Positions 11,735 to 23,880 of a stretch of 64,000 nucleotides of DNA are shown here, in pieces. This DNA comes from an uncultured virus (IMG/VR IMGVR_UViG_3300011693_000001) (lineage: Duplodnaviria > Heunggongvirae > Uroviricota > Caudoviricetes). Both the position numbers and the translations under genes were made by a program. How positions within the stretch are numbered: position 1 is the first letter of the stretch; every line of letters starts with the position of its first letter. The stretch covers positions 124,001-188,000 of the IMG/VR virus record IMGVR_UViG_3300011693_000001, one strand, 5' to 3'. Below the pieces are notes generated by a model. It saw nothing but the letters and a program-made list of their open reading frames with translations. It did not search any database and was not told the DNA's origin.

Positions 11735-12379
11735 ATGAACACCACCAGTTTCGAAAAGCTGTTAACTACCACACGGCATTGGCTCAAAGGACTTGCGGCA
11801 TACGATAATCGTTTTTACGATGTTCTGCAAGCCTTGGACTTCTTTGCGAACATCCATAAAGACGAACTGCGCAAGGATGGTAAAACGCTGGGGTTCTATC
11901 ATCAGCTGAACATGCTTGCTTTTGCTCGCACGCAACATCGCAATCTCACTGATCCTGCAAGTGTGTACATTGCAATTCTCGGCCACGATGCTGTTGAAGA
12001 TTACCCGGAGCGGTTTGAGGAAATTTCAAACAACATCAAGCAAAGCGATCTGCGCAATATCTGTCTTCTGGATAAGAATCGTGCGTCCAGCTTCGATAGC
12101 TACATGGATGCTATCGCACAGGATGAAGTTTGCAGTGTAGTTAAAGGTATCGACCGTATTCACAACTACAGTACGATGGCAGGTGTTTTCTCTACATTGA
12201 AGCAGGAATCGTACGCGGAAGCAGGGCGCATGTATTTCCTACCTATGCTGAAAATAGCACGTCGTCGTTTCCCTCGCCAAGAACCGTTGTATGAACTGCT
12301 GAAGTCCGTGATGCTAATGCAAATTCATGCAACTGATCATTTGGTTGACGCTTTGAAACGAGTGGAAGTTGGTGTCTGA
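11735..12379 (+). CDS. HD-domain (p)ppGpp hydrolase-like protein (SpoT/Mesh1-type small alarmone hydrolase)
   Basis: H...RKDG...YH, AILGHDAVED, VKGIDRIHN motifs of the RelA/SpoT HD domain; no synthetase domain. Confidence 0.8.
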   Translation: MNTTSFEKLLTTTRHWLKGLAAYDNRFYDVLQALDFFANIHKDELRKDGKTLGFYHQLNMLAFARTQHRNLTDPASVYIAILGHDAVEDYPERFEEISNNIKQSDLRNICLLDKNRASSFDSYMDAIAQDEVCSVVKGIDRIHNYSTMAGVFSTLKQESYAEAGRMYFLPMLKIARRRFPRQEPLYELLKSVMLMQIHATDHLVDALKRVEVGV

Positions 12380-13649
12380 TATGAACAATTTCTTTGTTTA
12401 CCTCTTCAACCGTTCCGCTGCGCTAGAGAAGACTATTGAAGAACATCCGTATCTCGCGCATTACATTAATTATCCTTTCGAACGCCGCTCCTATTATCTA
12501 AGCGATGAACACAGCAGCCTAGATGCTACTGTGGCTGTGCTTGTTCTCGCACGCCATCGGATTTACTGGCGAGATTCTATGTGTGAATTGCCGGAAGACT
12601 TGAAATCTAACGCAGCTCGTGATGTTCTCGCTTATGCTCGTGCTATGTTCCAGATTGGTTTTCCACACGCCGACCCCTCAGAACTAGAAAGTCGTGTGTA
12701 CAAAAACGCTACACCTTTTTCAGAGCATGAGTTACTGCGTGCCTGCGTTGCCGCTATGCATAGAGCGCCGCCGCTCTATACTGGAACTTTCTATCGAATC
12801 GATTAAACAAGGTGATATCGTGATGCATAATGCAGCTGATGTACTTGAAGCGAACGGGAAAACCATTCGGGAAAACAACAACGAAACAACACACGCTATT
12901 CCGCTAGGCACGTTGGTTGAAATCAATTCGCCTTGTCTTTCCGATTGCGGATTGCGTCTTTATGTACATTCACACATCCGCGATTGCGACGGTACTCCGT
13001 TGTATACCCTGACACATCGCTACGATCTGGTAGGTCAACCTGTAGGCGCTGCCTATATCCGAAGCCTAGCGGAAAACTCGGAAGATAAAGCACTATCCGA
13101 GAAAGCGCTTACAGGGTTTATCGCAAACCAGCGTGAAGGTGCTACCACGGGTGGTTATCCTGAAAGCATGCTGACTGTTATTCGTCTTCCTCGCACGGAG
13201 TTGTAAAATGGCAACAGCTGAAGGTTTGGGTTTTCACCTTGCTTTTCTGGAAGGTAGTTGGACTAAAGTATGGGATGACGGTAGTTGTATGTCAGTTACC
13301 GCTGAAGAAGTTGCCATGTGGCGGGAGCTTAATGTTCAGGTCAATTACTATGTTCAAGAAGAGAATCCTTCTGCGGCACAAGGTATGCGCCTGTTCATCA
13401 ACTTTTTCCTCGACAATGAGCCACATACTAAGATTCAAACTCTGTCCGATCTTTGCGCTTGGGGCGGTTATGATAAGTCGCAACTGTACTCGGAACAGAA
13501 CCGTCGAATGCTGTCTTGGGAATTCAGCAGTGAAATAGCGCCTGCTGTAAAAGTCTTGCTGAGACGATGGGAATCTAAGCATAACTGGAAAGAGGAAGAC
13601 CCTAGCAAAGTCTGGCCATGAAAATGAGAGGGAGCTTCGGCTCCCCCCG

Positions 13650-14726
13650 TTGTCTGTCTCACTGAATAGGATATTCATCGTGGAACATACTCGAAAGAAC
13701 ACCTTCGACTTTCTACGTTTCTTCGCAGCGCTGTTAGTGTTTTATGGACATTGTTACTGGCTGACAGGAAATGTAGAGTTGGAACCTCTGCTTCGCCTAT
13801 CAGGGTATAAGGATATGCCTGATTTGGGCGTCGATATTTTCTTTGTTATCAGCGGCTTCCTGATAACTATGTCTTTTCAACGATCAAAGACCTATCGCGC
13901 CTTTGTGCTTAATCGAGCCATACGTATTTTCCCCGGACTGATAGTAGCTGTGTTATTCACAGCGCTAGTCGTCGGCCCTCTGGTAAGCGTTTTCTCTACC
14001 TCCGCTTATTTTGCTGACTATAAATTCTGGCGCTATCTTCTGAATGCCCTACTGTTAACCTCCTATAGTTTACCCGGTGTGTTTGAAACCACACCATTTG
14101 CTGATGTGGTGAACGGTTCTCTGTGGACATTACCGCAAGAAGTAGCTATGTACTGCATGTTGTTTTCCGCAGGCGCTCTTGGTTTACTCAAGCCTAGATT
14201 GACCGCTATCATTCTGTTTCTGCTGGCGCTGGGTTTAATCGTAACTGTTCAGCTACCGGAGCTTCCTCACACAGTACGTTCTTTTTTCCGATTAGGATTC
14301 TTGTTCTTCTCTGGAGCCTTCTACTTCCTAGTACAGCAGCACGTACGTTTTAAATCGTCCGTGGTATTCTTTTTCCTTTTCCTTTTTGTGGTAACTGGCC
14401 ACACTGAAGCATGGTTGCCTATCTACTACGTTGCGTTACCCTACATAGTTCTTTGGGCATCGCAGTTAGATATTCCGGCTCTTACTTCTTTTGGAAAACA
14501 TGGCGATATATCATACGGGCTGTATATATACGGCTTCATGGTACAACAAACCATCATACATATAGTAGGTGAAGCAACACCTAACGGTTTGTTCTTCGCC
14601 TCCGTGTCTTATACCTTGATACTAGCTGTTCTATCATGGCGCTTTATCGAGAAGCCTAGTCTACGTTTAAAATATCTTTGGTCGGAGAAAATCAATGCGA
14701 AAAATCAACAGTTGGGAAGACCTTAG
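13650..14726 (+). CDS. Acyltransferase family 3 (OafA/Oac-like O-acetyltransferase); start may be GTG 13680
   Basis: FDFLRFFAA..V...H, GVDIFFVISGFLI, R..RIFP, NGSLWTL..E, DISYGLYIY, SWRFIEKP; multiple TM segments. Confidence 0.93.
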   Translation: MSVSLNRIFIVEHTRKNTFDFLRFFAALLVFYGHCYWLTGNVELEPLLRLSGYKDMPDLGVDIFFVISGFLITMSFQRSKTYRAFVLNRAIRIFPGLIVAVLFTALVVGPLVSVFSTSAYFADYKFWRYLLNALLLTSYSLPGVFETTPFADVVNGSLWTLPQEVAMYCMLFSAGALGLLKPRLTAIILFLLALGLIVTVQLPELPHTVRSFFRLGFLFFSGAFYFLVQQHVRFKSSVVFFFLFLFVVTGHTEAWLPIYYVALPYIVLWASQLDIPALTSFGKHGDISYGLYIYGFMVQQTIIHIVGEATPNGLFFASVSYTLILAVLSWRFIEKPSLRLKYLWSEKINAKNQQLGRP

Positions 14727-14865
14727 CAAACTGATAAAAGAACAAGGCGGTGTGTCAGAAGTACGCATGCTTGCTTCCATGCCTGAGAGGGCAAAGCCTA
14801 GCGTCATACGTGACACATGCGAAGGTATTCATCCTGAACGTAAATTTCCTGAGAAAAGAAAATGA
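14695..14865 (+). CDS. Small hypothetical protein (56 aa) overlapping the acyltransferase 3' end
   Basis: GGAG RBS then ATG 14695 (MRKINSWEDLSKLIKEQGG...); its TGA overlaps the next ATG. Confidence 0.5.
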   Translation: MRKINSWEDLSKLIKEQGGVSEVRMLASMPERAKPSVIRDTCEGIHPERKFPEKRK

Positions 14866-16001
14866 CAGGCTACGTTACCGAATACATTAACAAAATCGCG
14901 CCGGAACACGGTCGCACCAGTTGCAGCGACACTAACCTATACAACGCCGCATACGGTTTGGATGACTTCGATGGGCACGGTCGCTGTTACCGTTGCACGT
15001 TGCTAGCAGCTGCGGCTTCGTCTATCCAAGTAACCGAAGAAAAAGTGGAATCAGTAGCTATGGCAGTCCTCGGTTACGACACTGATCCTTCTCCGGGTAT
15101 CAATTGGTCCTGTAGTCGGGTTTGGAAAGTCAACACCGTACGAGAACGTGTGAAGGCTGCCTTGAATAAAATCTTCGGTAGTGAGGATAAAGAAAGTGAG
15201 CCTGCATAAACAACAGCTAACCGTAATGGAAGAGGAAGGATTAAGAGCGCACGGCTTAACCGTAGGCGCACCTAGTCAATTATCTGATGCCTTTCGTCAC
15301 GGTATAGCATGGGCCGTTAAGAACTACAGTCAAATCACTGTACCTGAAGGTTGCCAACTAGTTCCAATACGTCCAACAACGCAGATGCTTGCCGCTTGTA
15401 CAACGTCTAAGAATGAAATGCTTCGACAAGAGATAATGAGAATGGCAGCTGAAGACTACACAGCTATGTTGTCGGCCGCACCGAGCTTGATCGAACTACT
15501 AACAGATAAGGAAACGGAAGATGGGTAGCATCCAACGTAAACATCAATCCCGCCGCTTGGGTTACGATAGTTTTGATCGTGGCGATTGGGACAACCACCT
15601 CGTTATTACAAAGGACTAGTAATCATGCGAACCAGCATCCAACATATTGCAAATCACATCGTAAGCGTCGGTAACTGGAAACCTGACTGCTGCGGTAAGC
15701 AGGATTTCGACCTGCCTCTGATTTCCACTAGTTGTCGTTACTACCCCCCCGACAATACAATTTACGCATCGGTGCTGCTGTACGTGGATGGTACTGAGCA
15801 GGGAGACTATATCCAACTGGCTCATACTGAAATCAAAGGTGAAACGGAATCAGCGGCGAAGACCTCTGTTGAAGAATGGTTTCGAGAGCAGATTTCTAAA
15901 GTTGTAGCTTGCACTATCACAAATTTCTCCATAAGTGATAGTGAGAGTGAGCGGGTGGATAAGATTTTTGCCCAAGATCAAATTCCTGATTAACATAACG
16001 A

Positions 16002-16565
16002 GTGTGTAAAATGCAAAATGATGTAGAAGCTATTCCTGAAGAGATTCGGGAAAATGTAGTTATCGATAATATGCAGCAAGCTATAGATGCTTTCGAAAAA
16101 GCATTCCATGAGCAGATCGTTGGCGAGTGTATGCTAGACTACGATCTTATCTCTAAGGCGGCTCGCCAGCATCTACTAACTTTCCTGATCAACTGCGGGT
16201 TCGGAGATTCTCTTACTCGACTGATCAACGTCATCGATGATCTTGCTGTAATGCGCCCTGCTGACATTCCAGACAAAGCACTTAAGCGTACGTTGATACG
16301 CCTTTGCAAAGATCACGAAATCAAGCTGATCGATATGCGAGAATTGGCAGAAGCTTTACTGCCAGAAGAGGAAGAGCCTGATATGCAATCCGCTTTCGCT
16401 GAGCTGCAAGCTCGATACGCTGAGGTCCAGCATGAGTATGAAACCGCAGTTAAGCTGAGCCATCAGTATCAGGAAATGCGAGTCCCTGCTGCCCTCAAAC
16501 GTAAGTACGAGGAAACGCGAGAAGAGTACAATACCTTCCTCGAAGAATATCCAGAATTCAACTAA
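16002..16565 (+). CDS. Hypothetical coiled-coil protein (paralog of 7749..8240)
   Basis: C-terminal YQEMRVPAALKRK...YPEF. Confidence 0.6.
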   Translation: MCKMQNDVEAIPEEIRENVVIDNMQQAIDAFEKAFHEQIVGECMLDYDLISKAARQHLLTFLINCGFGDSLTRLINVIDDLAVMRPADIPDKALKRTLIRLCKDHEIKLIDMRELAEALLPEEEEPDMQSAFAELQARYAEVQHEYETAVKLSHQYQEMRVPAALKRKYEETREEYNTFLEEYPEFN

Positions 16566-19098
16566 GGAATCTCTTATGCAACCGGAAGAACTTAAGCCAC
16601 TGAACAAATACCCGCAATGTCCGATGAATGAAGACCTTAGCCGTTTGTTGATGGTGCTGCTTATGGCAAAACCTGCGCAAATCGAATCGATGGAAAATGA
16701 TGTTTGCGCTGTTTTCCTCTATCGTGTTATCGCAAAGCGTGTCGAAGTTCTAGGTATTCGTGTAGAAACAGCAGTGATGATTTTCATCATGTTCGCCTCA
16801 AGCAGTCCAGCGGATGCTGTTATGTTTATCCATTCCTTATGGATGCGTGCGCGCGAAACTGACCCGACTGTCGAAATAACATTGGCTGATTTCTGTAAGA
16901 TGTACGCTGAAGGTTTCCCCAACGGGGCCGCTAAGTTAGAGGCGTGGAATGCTCAGAAAACGCCAGAGGGAATTAACCTGCTAGATACCATGACTCGACT
17001 TTAAGAGCGTAGCGAATGCGTGTTTCTTTTGAAGCCAATGCTTTTTCTTCACTAGTTCTCGAACGGAGTATGTTAAGCGGGAAGGATAGCAATCTGCTAA
17101 ACAGTCTGATTCAGGATTACTACCGTGAGCGTATGGTAGCCCCGATTGTTCCGCAGATTGCTAAAGCTGCCTACAAAAATTTCACCGAAGCACTAGCTCA
17201 AGGCTTGGACAGCACTGAGTCGATGTACATAGGAAACTTCGTTGATGAAAGCTTACGTAGCATTGCTAGTTTGATGATACGTTACGATGAGAACTTTGCT
17301 GTAGTCGGTAACGGAGGTATCGAAGAGCTGCTATCTCTAATAGGAGGTAAGCTACATGGCTCTGTGGTAACACTAGGGAGTGTATCAGGTTGTATTGTAT
17401 TCGATCAATCCATGACTACCATACGAGTTAAGAGGTTAGTTACATGATTCAGATTTACACCAACGCTGCTGGAACAAAACGATTTATCGTGAACGGAAGC
17501 AATGGTCACTTCAAGGATCAAAATATTCTCTCTGTTCACTCTAAGTCAGAGTTCGTAGCTCTGATAGAAAAGTACCACTTGGTTGAAACACCCATTACTC
17601 ACCGCTCTTATAACCTGAGCATTCAGGCGGCGGGCAAAGAGTTGACGGTTAGAGTTACGTTGTTCAGCCTAGAGAAAGACTTGCCCGGCTTGTGGTTCCG
17701 TGGTGAGATAACCAGAACCACCAGTGATCGTCGCGTGCTGCCTTGCTACTTCTCGCTTATTCCTGTGCGCAAAAAGCGTGGGGTTTATGAGTTCCGTCCT
17801 GTAGTAAATATGATCCACCTGAGCGGCGCTGAACTCTCTATGTTCCGTCAAGAGTATGATGGGTATGAGTCTATAAAGGAATCTGTGTTGAAGAACGCGG
17901 ACTACGTTTCTCTAGGTATCGTTGGTAAAACACGCGAACGTCTTTCTGTGTCGGCTTAAGGTACTAGTATGCTGGATCAAACTTTAAAGTTATTTGACTT
18001 AAGTGACCATCTGCTAAATGAGTTACTTGAGCAGGATGTTTTAGTGAAGGGCACCTCAAGAGCGAGTTCTCATCTGACTAACAAGATGATAGTATCCTCC
18101 ACTCCTCTTCATATTCCAGATTTTTCTGCATTGGAGTCTCGCTTACTAGAAGGTGGTCTGTTTTGGAAAACCAATTGGCAGTCCACTGAAAGTGTAGCCA
18201 AAGCATTTGCCGCTGGAGTGTTACTCCGTGGCTTGGAATACGATATGGAAGCTACCATAGATTTTTCCACATGGTACGACAACTTCATTATGAAAGAGCC
18301 GTAGCTTACGGCTTTGGCCAAAGCGGTTGGTTTTGTTAAACCAACACCAATCATCATTTCACATGAGGCAAACCCAACAGTATAAGGAGAACTTAATGGC
18401 AGTAGAACGCGCTTGGAGTTCGGAGGACGGAACAGTCCTCCTATACCTGTCGAGAATCAGCGGTGAGGACATTGCACATCTAAACAACAATGGGGATATA
18501 CGCACGGTCTTCAAACAAGGTGTCGATATGACTCGTGCGATATCTGCCATTCAAAATGAATTCCAGAGAAAGAAAATCGATCTTCTGGAAATACCTATCT
18601 ACTCGCGTAACGCTGAGATTCGAATCCATACGGTGCAGAACGGGCGTGAGCGAGTTTTTCAGGTTCGTGTGCAGAATACGCTAATGAATTTGGGAGGTAA
18701 TCCACACGGCATCGAACAGCTAGTTATCGCAACTCATATGATTCACGGCAATCGTATTGAACCGCGACAAGAACATTCAGCAATGATCTTGCAGAATGGG
18801 AATAAGCTGATCGGTCTTGTTCAGGGATGGGAAACATCGGCGGAGATACTGGAATGAAAACGTGGATAGTAAAAGTAAAATCACATAGCGCCGGCATGCA
18901 ACAGGTTACACTGGTAACGGACGAGGCCACTGATATAGAAACTGTCCGCTCTTACGCAGAGGGTATTTATAGTGATAGGCGCTTTGGCATTACAGTGGAG
19001 TCAGTAGAAGCCGGGCGTAGTGGAGTTCCCTATTTAAATATCCCTGATATTGTTCTCGACCCAGCAGTAGCAGATTAGAAACTAAGCCTACATTTTAC

Positions 19099-19200
19099 TT
19101 GACTTTAGGAGGACATAGGGCTATACTTGTTTCCAAGGGCAGCAGCGGGTAGGCACCATTATGGTTCCACACGTTGTTAAGGTTCCGCTCTTTGTTAAAC
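19099..19200 (+). promoter_or_regulatory. Sigma70 promoter C plus conserved leader element
   Basis: TTGACT(19099)-17nt-TATACT(19122); CCAAGG at 19133; repeats at 19163-19180 and 19181-19198. Confidence 0.85.
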
Positions 19201-19273
19201 TTGCGACATAGTTGAGCAAACGTTGCATATAGCTAATCCGGGCTTTCCGGCAAACCTAGTAAGGAGATACACC

Positions 19274-19762
19274 ATGAGCAAGCAAATCGAAACCAATCTG
19301 GCCAAAGCTCTTGACCTGCTGTACACGATCCGTCGTGAAATCAACAGCAATTCAAAAACCAATGCCGAGTCGGTTGCTGCGGTGAAAGATATCCTGAAAG
19401 AGAACTCTAAAGAAATTACAGCCTTGATGAAAATTCGCCGCGAGCATGTTGCGGCTGAACGGGCTGCGAAGAAAGCAGAAAAGCAAGCGACTCCGAAAAC
19501 CACCCGCGCTAAGCAGGCTGCTGAAAAAGCAACTAAGACTCCGCGCGGCAAAAAAGAAGAAGCTCAGCCGTTGACTGTCGGTCAACTGAAGAACAAGGAA
19601 ATCAAGATCGGTCGTTCTTCTGCCGTTATCCTCAAAGTCACTCGCGGTAAGAACGGCCGTAATGCCGTCACGCAAAATGCGATTATCCCGGTCGATCAAA
19701 TCAGCATTGATCGCAAAGGCGCGCTGGTTTGGAAGAAGCCGCGTAAGACAGCATCAGCCTAA
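19274..19762 (+). CDS. Basic Lys/Ala-rich early protein, probably nucleic-acid binding
   Basis: Strong AAGGAG RBS; first gene after promoter C; AAKKAEKQATPKTTRAK tract. Confidence 0.6.
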   Translation: MSKQIETNLAKALDLLYTIRREINSNSKTNAESVAAVKDILKENSKEITALMKIRREHVAAERAAKKAEKQATPKTTRAKQAAEKATKTPRGKKEEAQPLTVGQLKNKEIKIGRSSAVILKVTRGKNGRNAVTQNAIIPVDQISIDRKGALVWKKPRKTASA

Positions 19763-20508
19763 CTTAATACGACGCGCTGCTTCGGTGGCGCGTTTACCGA
19801 GGCACGAGTATGAATGATTGCCCTATTTGCGCGGCTGCGCTTAAACCGCATCAGCGTGTCTTTATGAATGCGCTTCGCTATACCCTGCCACCTAGTCGGA
19901 ATCGATCTGCGCGGCAAGAAAAGAAGTTGCGAAAGAAAGGACTGTACCCTCCGCAGCATGTAGTTCTGAATATGAGTCAGCATGGGTACTATGCGATACG
20001 GACGCTGATTGAAACAGCAAACTAATCTATTCCTAATGAGCTAAGGAAATAACATGAATAAGCAACTCGTAATCTCTTCGCGTAACAGCGGTGAAACCCT
20101 CGCTACTTTCAACATGATTGAAGCTGAACGTATGGTCGATCTGCTAACTAAATGGGACTGTTACGGTGTCGGCGACAGTATGATCAAACGTATCGGTGAT
20201 CTGCAAGGATTCTTCGAAGATTCAGATACCGATAAGCCATACTCTGTGTTTATGTCGAACAATACAGCGATGGTTTTGTTCAACATCGCAACTGAATTGC
20301 TGGGTCAGTTCACAGCACAATCGCGCATGATCCACACTAAGATTCTGCATGTTCGTCGGAATCGTGAAGACAAGAAAGACACTACCATCGGGCAAAATAT
20401 GCGGGCCGATGTTATCTACATGAACATGTCGTCGCTGGCGCGTCTTGTCAGCGCGTTGTCCACCGCGATCTTCGCTGGCGATAGTATCCGTTTTGAAGAG
20501 ACTCAACC

Positions 20509-20942
20509 ATGAATTTTCTTCGTAACTTGTTTAAGCGCTTCCGCTCTGAGCCGAAAGAGCCGGAGGTTATTCAGCTTGAAGTGAAAGACGGCGCTATGTA
20601 TATGAACGGAATGCGTGTCCGCGAAGTATCCGAAGAATATACACGAGAATTGATGCTCGGAAAGAACAAAGAGCAGTTAACACGCGACATTCAAAAAGCT
20701 CTGATCGATGAAGCTTCAAGGAGGGGTCTATGAAACTAGGCTATCGTCGTCTTTTGACTAAGCTGCGCTCTATGAATTCGACAACGGAACGTGTGCTGGC
20801 TAGACAGAATCTCGGCGATTCTGAACTTGAAGTTCGCCGCAGTGGTTTGTATATCGATGGTAAGTTTGAGCGTGAGCTTACGCCACGTGAAATCCTCGAT
20901 ATGAGCAAAGGTTTTGATAACCTCGGCCCGCGAGTTGAATAA
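20509..20942 (+). CDS. Tandem pair of small paralogous proteins (20509..20733 and 20730..20942)
   Basis: LEVKDGAMYMNGMRVREVS versus LEVRRSGLYIDGKFERELT. Confidence 0.6.
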
Positions 20943-23880
20943 GATAACAGACGCACTAGTGACAGGTAAGACCAATGGATAAGGTAATGAAGGAACGTGA
21001 CACCAAGGCTATCGCAGACGCATTAGAGCGCGTTGGCGTATCTTACGAATTCGAACGTGTACAAGAATAAGGGGCAGCCATGAGCAAAGGTAAGTTGGTA
21101 GTATCGCTGGTAGATTCAGTTCCGGCTATGTCGGAAACATTCCACGACGATGCGTGCTTGATCCTCGCACGTTCTCTTTCTGACACACAGCACCGGATGA
21201 GCCTTCTCGCAGGCGCTTATGAAAACTTCTTCTTGGATATGGAAGACGACATTAATGCCAAGGAGTATTTCATTGTAAACTTCAATGCCTCTGCGCGAAA
21301 CATTTTCGATATGCTCTCAATTTGCATGACGGAAGACCTTCGCCTGCTGCGCTACAATATGGATAACGGTGATGATGAAATCCCGGTAACAGTCATATCC
21401 GAAGCTGACGGTTTTGAAATGCAAGCAACCGAAGGGCTTCCAGACTTCGAGGTTGCACGCATAGAAGCTTTGGTGCGTTTGCATGTACATAATCGTCTGC
21501 TGGATATGGTGATCTTGGCCTGTGCTAAGCGTCTGTCCATTTGTTTCGAATACACTCCGGGTTAATTGCAGTTAGGGGCTACGGCCCCTTCTGTAAAAAG
21601 TCTGGTATAGATAACTTTACGGTGCATCATAATGACTTACGCCCGGCTGCTGTTAGATGTTGAAGATGTTCCCTCTGGCGCCTTGATTTATATTCTAAAT
21701 CGTAGCGGTAACGTCACGGAATTCATCTGGCGTGAAACAATGCGACGCTATGTTGGAAACGTCGGATCAAAATCTTTGTTGTTGTTCCCAGCCCCGCAAG
21801 ACATTCTGATGCTCCTGAGTAGTTTCACTCCGGTTAGTATTCTGTGGTCTAGCCGAGACAACAAACATCGTGTAGTAAATGTAAGTTTCGGCCATCTTGT
21901 TGAAAAGACCGTACCCGTATTCAAAAAGGGTAAGAAAATCGGCAAGCGTACAGTGCGAACTGTTCAGCACGTTGATATCGTAGCTGATAGTTTCACACAA
22001 GCTGCCTACCAACTATTTTTCGCTACGCTAGGCGGAAAACTCTGCCGTTATCATAGTGAAGATAAATTTGAATATCTGCTATGGGACAACTACGAGCGCC
22101 GCTTCAAAACTGAGATAAGGTAATTATGAGCTTCCACCAACTACCTCCTGCATCGCGCGAATATCAGCTGGCTGAATTCCTCGATGCCAACATTGATTCC
22201 AAATTTCCGCCGGGTATCGAAGGGTACTGGCGTAGGCAAAAAGAACTACCCCAGCGTAACGCTGACGCCGAGTCTCCGCTGCCGTGGCCTGTCGTCTATT
22301 ATGACATTGACGGCTATGATATGACGTTGTTTCTTTCTTGTTTGAAGAAACTAGAGGACAACCCAAGCGTTACAGTTCATAACTACCGAGGCGTTTCGAT
22401 CAACCGCCTTAACGGTCGCATGAACGGCAGTCGAGAGTATGAATATCGTGGTTGGCGCTGGCCTGAAGGTTATCGTAACTACATCAACATGGGTGTTCCT
22501 CCATCGCGTGCCTTTCATAAATTCGTGACAGGGATTTATCTGCTCAACCTTCCGAGTTACGGCCATGAACAAACCAAGTGAATCAAAACTGGTGATACTG
22601 AAAGGTCGTACTGCTGGCGAATACCAATTAAACACGCAGAAGCAAACTTTTGCGGATCGCCCCGCCGGTAAGGTAGCCATACCTAAAAAATTCCGAGGAA
22701 AGAAATGAGCCAGATTCTAGGATATCGGATTTATACCGCTTCAAGTAGCGTGTTTATTCTTGATATAGATCAGATTGATTTTGTCAGAGACATTCTACCT
22801 GTAGAAATCAGAGACAACGGCGACCGGCTAAATAAAACACTGCTCTTGATCAAAGCAGTGATAGAACTGGCATCGAAGAAAGGTTCCGTTACCGTAAAAG
22901 AACTAGGTGTCTCTGTTGAAGTGATATCCCACAAACATCACGCCCCTCGTTTTGTTTGTCTCCGCTCGCGGCAAGGCGGTAATCGCTTCTACACTACGTA
23001 TGACGGAGAAGATCGCTACACTATCGGACAAGGGCCGGAAGGTCGAGTTTTTTACGATATTTTGGGATTCGCCGACAATACCGCAGAAGCTCAATCTCTT
23101 TTGTACCGAGCAAAGATTCCAGCATTCGCTGTTCAAGTTACAGTGAATGAGTTGCAAGTTGACGGAAATGAAATGCAGGGATAGTTAAATCTAGCATAGA
23201 GGCAAACAGATGACAATTAAGAACCGCGTAAAAACTCTCATTGGAAGCGACGCCACACTGACTCGTCACGGCGTTCTCGATTCTGAGGACGGAGAATTGA
23301 GTGTCTTAGAAGGTACAGCATCTTGTTGTACTCGTATCTTCGACCGGCATGATGCGCGGGCATTGATTTCACATGAATTCATCGCCTATGACTTGCTCTC
23401 AACGAATCCTATTGTTGTGCAAGACGGTTCCATCTTACAGTTAACGTCTCACATGGTACGTATGATTAACGGTGAGATTACCGTTGGTCTATGCGCGGTT
23501 AAAGGCTACCTGACCGCGACACCTGAGATTATGCTTATCAAGCAGGAGCACTCGAAATACTTGCTGCCCGCTGAAGTACCTGCTTTCCATCTGTTCTCAG
23601 TAATGACCGACGGTGATACTGTTGAGCAGTTACCAAAAGCAGTATCCGATGAGCACGATACTCTGCTTAGCTTTATCAATATGGAATACTTCGATGATAC
23701 GGACCCTGTGCCGGAAGCCATTCGCCTTGAGCCTCGTAACATCGTAGACTTCACTATTAAAATGATTACCATGTCTCCTAATAACTGGAGCACAGGTATC
23801 GCTGATGTTCGCATCGAACACGACGGACATTTGTTTGAATTTTCCACTAACTTGGAACAATGGTATAAGGAACTAGTTGG

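Noticed and set aside
17969..18304. PDFSALESRLL resembling family A DNA polymerase motif A
   Set aside because: 111-aa ORF with no other polymerase motifs; probably chance or a tiny remnant
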